DNA of 61,637 nucleotides, the filler included, from Rhabdomonas costata (lineage: Eukaryota): assembly GCA_019059605.1 (NCBI GenBank). It is 23 parts of 23 records of this genome, joined end to end, with 100 filler letters (N's around TTAATTAATTAA, not from the genome) between each part and the next. Parts side by side here need not be neighbours in the genome. Positions count along the whole stretch, not along the records: positions 59,057 to 61,637 come from JAHMHO010002758.1; 22 more parts are not named here. The stretch is one strand, 5' to 3'. Below the pieces are notes generated by a model. That model saw only the letters and a list, made by a program, of their open reading frames with translations, was not told the DNA's origin and did no database searches. The translations under genes were made by a program, and so were the position numbers. Shown piece after piece: positions 59,377 to 61,637 of this stretch; position 1 is the first letter of the stretch, and each line of letters starts with the position of its first letter.

Positions 59377-61333
59377 ATGCCTGAGAACTATCAAGACCCC
59401 CTGCATTGTTGGTGACACGTGACACCCAGAGAAAGTTGAAACCCTTGTCCGCCGTTGTCCCTCTCCTCACCATATATCAATGAAAACATGCGTTTGACGA
59501 TCTTTTTCTTTGCTCTGCATTCTCATCAAGAGGTGAAGGTGAATAAAGGTGATTCACCAAACCCAGAAAATGCCTTAAAACAGGAAATTGGTCATGACGA
59601 ACTTTTAGCAAAATGTGGTTTCCCCATGATCTCAGATAGGGAACAATCAAGCGATGTGGAAAGAACCACGTATAGGTTACAAAGATTCCTTTTATTTTTA
59701 CATTGTTGTTTCACAGTTACGTGGAAGAAACTCGGACAATGGCACTTTGCAATCCTATCCAATTCTCAGGCTAAATTTTTCAATACCCACAGCGTGGGCA
59801 GCTCTTTTTAGCCTTCACACCGGCTTGCAAGGGCCCAATTTGGCTTTGCAGGCCTGCGTACTGAGCCTTGAAACGGCCCTTTTTTCAGTTGAAAATTACA
59901 AAAAAAAAAGTTACAGTTAGCGCCATTTAGCGCCTTTTAGTTTCCATTAGATCAAATCTTCCAGAGTTGGGAGCGGCGTAAAGGTTTAATCGCAACTTCC
60001 AAGAGACAAAATGGGACGGCGAGTGTGGTTTGTGCACTTTCTGAACGTTTCCATTTCCTTCATGGCAGCTCAAAGAAGTTGGTGCAAAACACTTGCTGTT
60101 TGATTTACTTTGGCCACACCCAAACAACGGGTTCCAGTAAGCTGGGGAAGTGTTATTGTGGTGGTTGCTCTCGTTCCCTCTGTCTGTGGCTGTTGGGAAC
60201 GGGGTAATTTGTTTGACAATGCGTCCAGACTGCACTTCTGCAACGAGGGCTAAGGCGAAGCAGCCCTGTGGTAATACAACACGGCTCTTGGATCGGAATC
60301 TTCTGGCTCCACTTCCGCAGTGAGGTGGCGCACAAATTGTGACGTTTTTAGCCACTGTTAACCACACAGCCACGCGCGAATGGTAAAGGATGCAAATAAC
60401 ATCCATGCAGCTAAATAAGTTACATCCAACATTACGTAAAGGACGTGCGGCGCCGACTCACTCCCGCCAGACCAAGTAGCAGGATTCTTGGATGCATGCA
60501 AAAGCGAGCGCGGCTGCAAAATATAACCGTGCTTGATCATACTCCGTTGTAATCTATGCAGTGCATCAGCGCAAGCATCCGTGCTGTGCACCCCCTTTTT
60601 TTCTCATTGACTTCTTTTTTGTGTTTGTTTTGTAGGGTGAAGCGAATTCACTATCTCGGGAAGGAAGTTGCGGTCATTTGCCAAAATGTTAACGGCCCCT
60701 GTCCTTTAATTGCAATCTCGAACATTCTCTGTCTTCGTGGACTGATTCCAATTCATCGGGACTACCAGCAAGTGACATTTGGGTATCTATCGAACGTGCT
60801 CAGTGACCAAATTTTGGAACGGAATCTTGCGGTTTGCTGTTTTACACTTTGCTGAAGACGCTAGATTCGCCGCCCGCCTGTGATCTTGTTTGTATGCATG
60901 TCTCAGGGCCGTCACGATGCAAATGCAGAGTTCAACATAAACGGTAAGTCGCCTTTGTGGTTTTGTGCATTCCCGTGAGTCGTGTTTTCCGTTTTCTTTC
61001 ATGTTCTTTGTCTTGTTGTTAGAGGTCCTTGCGCTGATACCCAGCCTTCAGTTTGGACTAGATGTCAATCTCCGTTTCAACGGGTTAGCCATTTCATTTC
61101 CTTGAGCTCCTTTCCCCCTTATTCCCCTGTGGAACCTTTTCTCTACCTTACTTTTCACTCAACTTTGCGTTGTCACAGCGTGCGAAAGTTCAGTTCAGTT
61201 CAGTTTCCTTCTCTTGTCACTCAGAATTGTGGATTTCGAGTACACGCGAGCGCAGCTAATATATGATCTGCTCGGCATTCGGCTCGTGCACGGTTGGATC
61301 GTGGACCCTCAGGATACTGCTACTGCCAACGTC
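59377..61333 (+). CDS. MINDY-1/2 family deubiquitinase (FAM63/DUF544), 5' exons
   Basis: Probable first exon 59377-59411 (MPENYQDPLHCW), then from 60636 VKRIHYLG...QNVNGPCPLIAISNIL with the catalytic Cys, LQFGLDVNLRFNG and DFEYT...YDLLGIRLVHGWIVDPQD. Introns are GT-AG. Confidence 0.9.
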
Positions 61334-61637
61334 GTAAGTATGCCAATTGGCTCCCTTTTTTTTGGGCTTTAATCCCCTGAGAAACTAAGCTAGCTAACTA
61401 AGCTCACCTCGGGAACGCGTGCACTTCCTCCTAACTCGGGGACAACTGCGCCGCCCAAAATAACTCATCGCGGACCTACACCGTAGCCCAACCCAAAGCA
61501 TCACAGCATCAGTGTACATGAAAAAGCGTCGCTATTTTTTTCTGAGCGGTCCTGCATTTGTATGCCCCCCCCCTGCAAAAAACAGACCGGACTTCTTTGT
61601 CAAAGTGCAATCAGTTGCACGTTTACCACCCCACTCC

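Noticed and set aside
56-61266. The great majority of the short ORFs in the supplied track
   Set aside because: The ORF track ignores splicing and uses alternative starts; most entries are partial exons read into introns or spurious frames.

Overview
This window is not one contiguous locus. It is an artificial concatenation of 23 short contigs (about 2.57-2.61 kb each) joined by 22 roughly 100-nt spacers made of N-run + TTAATTAATTAA + N-run, so gene neighbourhood across spacers is meaningless. The contigs come from an intron-rich eukaryote with GC-rich exons and mostly GT-AG introns (two GC-AG). It is probably a flagellated protist. A euglenid or euglenozoan origin is an inference from base-paired intron ends, AG acceptors just upstream of start codons, and gene content. 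Most contigs start with G/T-only and end with A/C-only tracts, the footprint of K-primer whole-genome amplification. Genes recognisable by manual exon stitching: thioredoxin, MORN-repeat protein, ALDH22/Msc7-like aldehyde dehydrogenase, THOC1, MoCo-sulfurase-like PLP enzyme, intronless F-box/LRR protein, decayed 2-oxoacid dehydrogenase E2, MgtA-type Mg2+ P-type ATPase, class III fructose-1,6-bisphosphatase, SHIPPO/ODF3-repeat protein, MINDY deubiquitinase, an EF-hand protein and a probable Cache-type sensor. The most interesting signals are two bacterial-type genes fully furnished with spliceosomal introns (class III FBPase, MgtA), introns whose ends base-pair, at least three dispersed repeat families, and several long hairpins. 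I found no CRISPR array, rRNA or tRNA gene, or prokaryotic operon. All protein calls are from motif recognition by eye; no database search was run.
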